A stretch of 44,377 nucleotides of DNA from a virus. The number at the start of each line of letters is the position of its first letter. Within the stretch, counting starts at the first letter, position 1. Shown one piece after another: positions 42,962-44,377 of the stretch. The translations under genes and the position numbers were made by a program. Under the pieces are notes generated by a model. It did not search any database, was not told the origin of the DNA, and worked only from the letters and a program-made list of their open reading frames with translations. The stretch lies in IMG/VR virus record IMGVR_UViG_3300048134_000198; one strand, 5' to 3'.

Positions 42962-44206
42962 CTACTCCCGTGCGGCGAGCTCCTCGATGAGGACCTCCGT
43001 CAGCTCCGCGTCCCCATCGACACGCTCGACCATCTCCTGGGCGACCGCACGCTTACTCCGGTCATCCTCCCGAATGAGGAACTCCCCCGCCGCATCCTCA
43101 ACAGCATCCAGGGCGTCTGCGGCCTGCGCGGACAACGTCAACCCACACCCCGGACAGTACGACTCAACACCACGCAGCGCAACCCCACACCGCGGACAGT
43201 TCTCCAGCGTCGGCGTCGACGCAGCACTCTCCGTGTGGTCGATGTCGTAGTGGTCGAGAATCTGGTCGTTGAGCTCCTCGTCGCGGACGGCCGCGTACTG
43301 CCCGATCATGTCGGAGTCGACGTCCCAGCTCGCGCGGTGCTTGATCGCCTGCTCGGTCAACCCGTCCCGAATCCAGTTCGAGATCGCGGTATGCCGGAAG
43401 TTATGCAGGTTCGTCTTCTCCCGCGGGACGCCTGCGCGGTCGGCGACGGTTTTCACGCGCCGGGAGAGGTACTGGTAGGCGAGCGCGCCATCATCACCGC
43501 CGTCGTAGTACCCCTGGTCTTTGTGGAAGACCGGGGCGTCGTCGACGCGCCGCCGCGGGTGGACGTTGAGGTAGCTGGAGAGATAGCCGTCACTCCACGT
43601 CAACGGGACGGTACCGGAGGCGTCCTTCACGTTCGCGTTCTCGTTGATCGTGACGAGCGTTGTTGCTTCGCCATGTGTGAGGTCGCGGATGCGGAGGCTC
43701 GCCAAGGCGCCGATGCGGAGGCCGGTGTCTGCGAGCATCGCGATCAGGGCTTGGTCGCGGGGCTTCTCGGCGGCCTCGAGCAACGCCTGGATCTCGTCGT
43801 CGGTGAGGAGGTCATTCGGGTCGACTTCCCGGCTCGGGCTCGCCCCGATCGTGAAGTCCTCAACCCACTCGTGGCCCTGCCAGCGATGGAACTGCTTGAG
43901 GGCTTTCCGGTAGTTCCGGCGGGTGCCCTCGCTGAGGCCGTGGTCGTGCTTCAGGTCGAAGAGGAGAGTGTCGACATCACTGCGGTCCATCTCGACCAGG
44001 GGTGTGTCGCTGCGTTCGGCGCTGAGGCGGATGCGGTTGAGGAGGCTGGTGATGGTGCCCTGGTTGCGGTCGCCGGAGGCGTCGAGGTACCGGACCCAGT
44101 CGTGGATGGTCTCGCGGTCGCGGTCGTCGATGGGCGCGGTGTCGACTTTCGCGAGTTGGTTCTGGAACTTCCTTGCGTAGTTCTGGACGTCGTTGAGGTC
44201 GGCCAT
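42962..44206 (-). CDS. int: tyrosine integrase with N-terminal SAM-like domain and C-terminal Zn ribbon
   Basis: GLRIG (R), HNFRH (HxxR), ASW, GQY (Y), CPRCG...CPGCG; ATG 45 bp from attR. Confidence 0.95.
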   Translation of the reverse strand: MADLNDVQNYARKFQNQLAKVDTAPIDDRDRETIHDWVRYLDASGDRNQGTITSLLNRIRLSAERSDTPLVEMDRSDVDTLLFDLKHDHGLSEGTRRNYRKALKQFHRWQGHEWVEDFTIGASPSREVDPNDLLTDDEIQALLEAAEKPRDQALIAMLADTGLRIGALASLRIRDLTHGEATTLVTINENANVKDASGTVPLTWSDGYLSSYLNVHPRRRVDDAPVFHKDQGYYDGGDDGALAYQYLSRRVKTVADRAGVPREKTNLHNFRHTAISNWIRDGLTEQAIKHRASWDVDSDMIGQYAAVRDEELNDQILDHYDIDHTESAASTPTLENCPRCGVALRGVESYCPGCGLTLSAQAADALDAVEDAAGEFLIREDDRSKRAVAQEMVERVDGDAELTEVLIEELAARE

Positions 44207-44250
44207 ACACCACTCGTTGGGTGGGTGGACTATGAAGGTTCTAGCGAGGG

Positions 44251-44266
44251 TCCAGGATGGACTACT
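44251..44266 (+). repeat. attR core TCCAGGATGGACTACT
   Basis: Identical to 112-127. Confidence 0.93.
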
Positions 44267-44377
44267 TTCCTTCACTCCTCGACTTCGTAGCGGCGCGTCT
44301 GCTTTACGTTCCAAGATTCCACCACCGAGTAGCCGAACGAATCCAACCACAACGCCACTAAACGAAGCGCCCCTTCG

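Larger units (their letters stand above)
112..44266. mobile_element. complete haloarchaeal tailed-virus provirus (siphovirus-like), ~44.15 kb
   Basis: 16-bp att direct repeats, integrase next to attR, full terminase-portal-protease-MCP-tail gene set; no sheath gene recognised. Confidence 0.95.

Noticed and set aside
42962-44350. 462-aa integrase crossing attR (SSV1-type split integrase)
   Set aside because: The extension is low-complexity, non-acidic sequence; the plausible ATG at 44206 lies inside the provirus and the gene is intact
1-44377. CRISPR array or IS element
   Set aside because: No regularly spaced repeat-spacer units and no transposase motifs were seen

Overview
The window holds a complete ~44.15 kb haloarchaeal provirus (Caudoviricetes, siphovirus-like; GC-rich with acidic proteins). 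It is integrated at the 3' end of a host tRNA-Gln(CTG) gene and bounded by a 16-bp direct repeat, TCCAGGATGGACTACT (112-127 and 44251-44266). Gene order: replication/early genes (MCM helicase, short tyrosine recombinase, Dam-type methyltransferase, many Zn-finger microproteins); a structured non-coding region; holin-like gene; terminase; portal with a C-terminal KTSC domain; XkdF-like protease/scaffold; major capsid protein; head-tail genes; tail genes interrupted twice by paralogous divergent cassettes ending in HNH nucleases; a third related cassette; Cdc6/Orc1; a propeptide/S8-protease pair; divergent AbrB-like regulators; an early operon; and the tyrosine integrase. The most notable observations are: (1) a three-way-junction 5' leader found three times with compensatory changes, each with a mutually exclusive hairpin abutting the start codon (riboswitch/attenuator-like); (2) four K-turn-like elements, each just after a TAA stop; (3) an S8 protease with no ATG whose frame is joined to an upstream I9-like propeptide gene by a tandem -1 slippery site; (4) a tRNA-like structure upstream of the holin-like and packaging genes. 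All calls come from manual reading of motifs and base-pairing; no database searches or folding programs were run.
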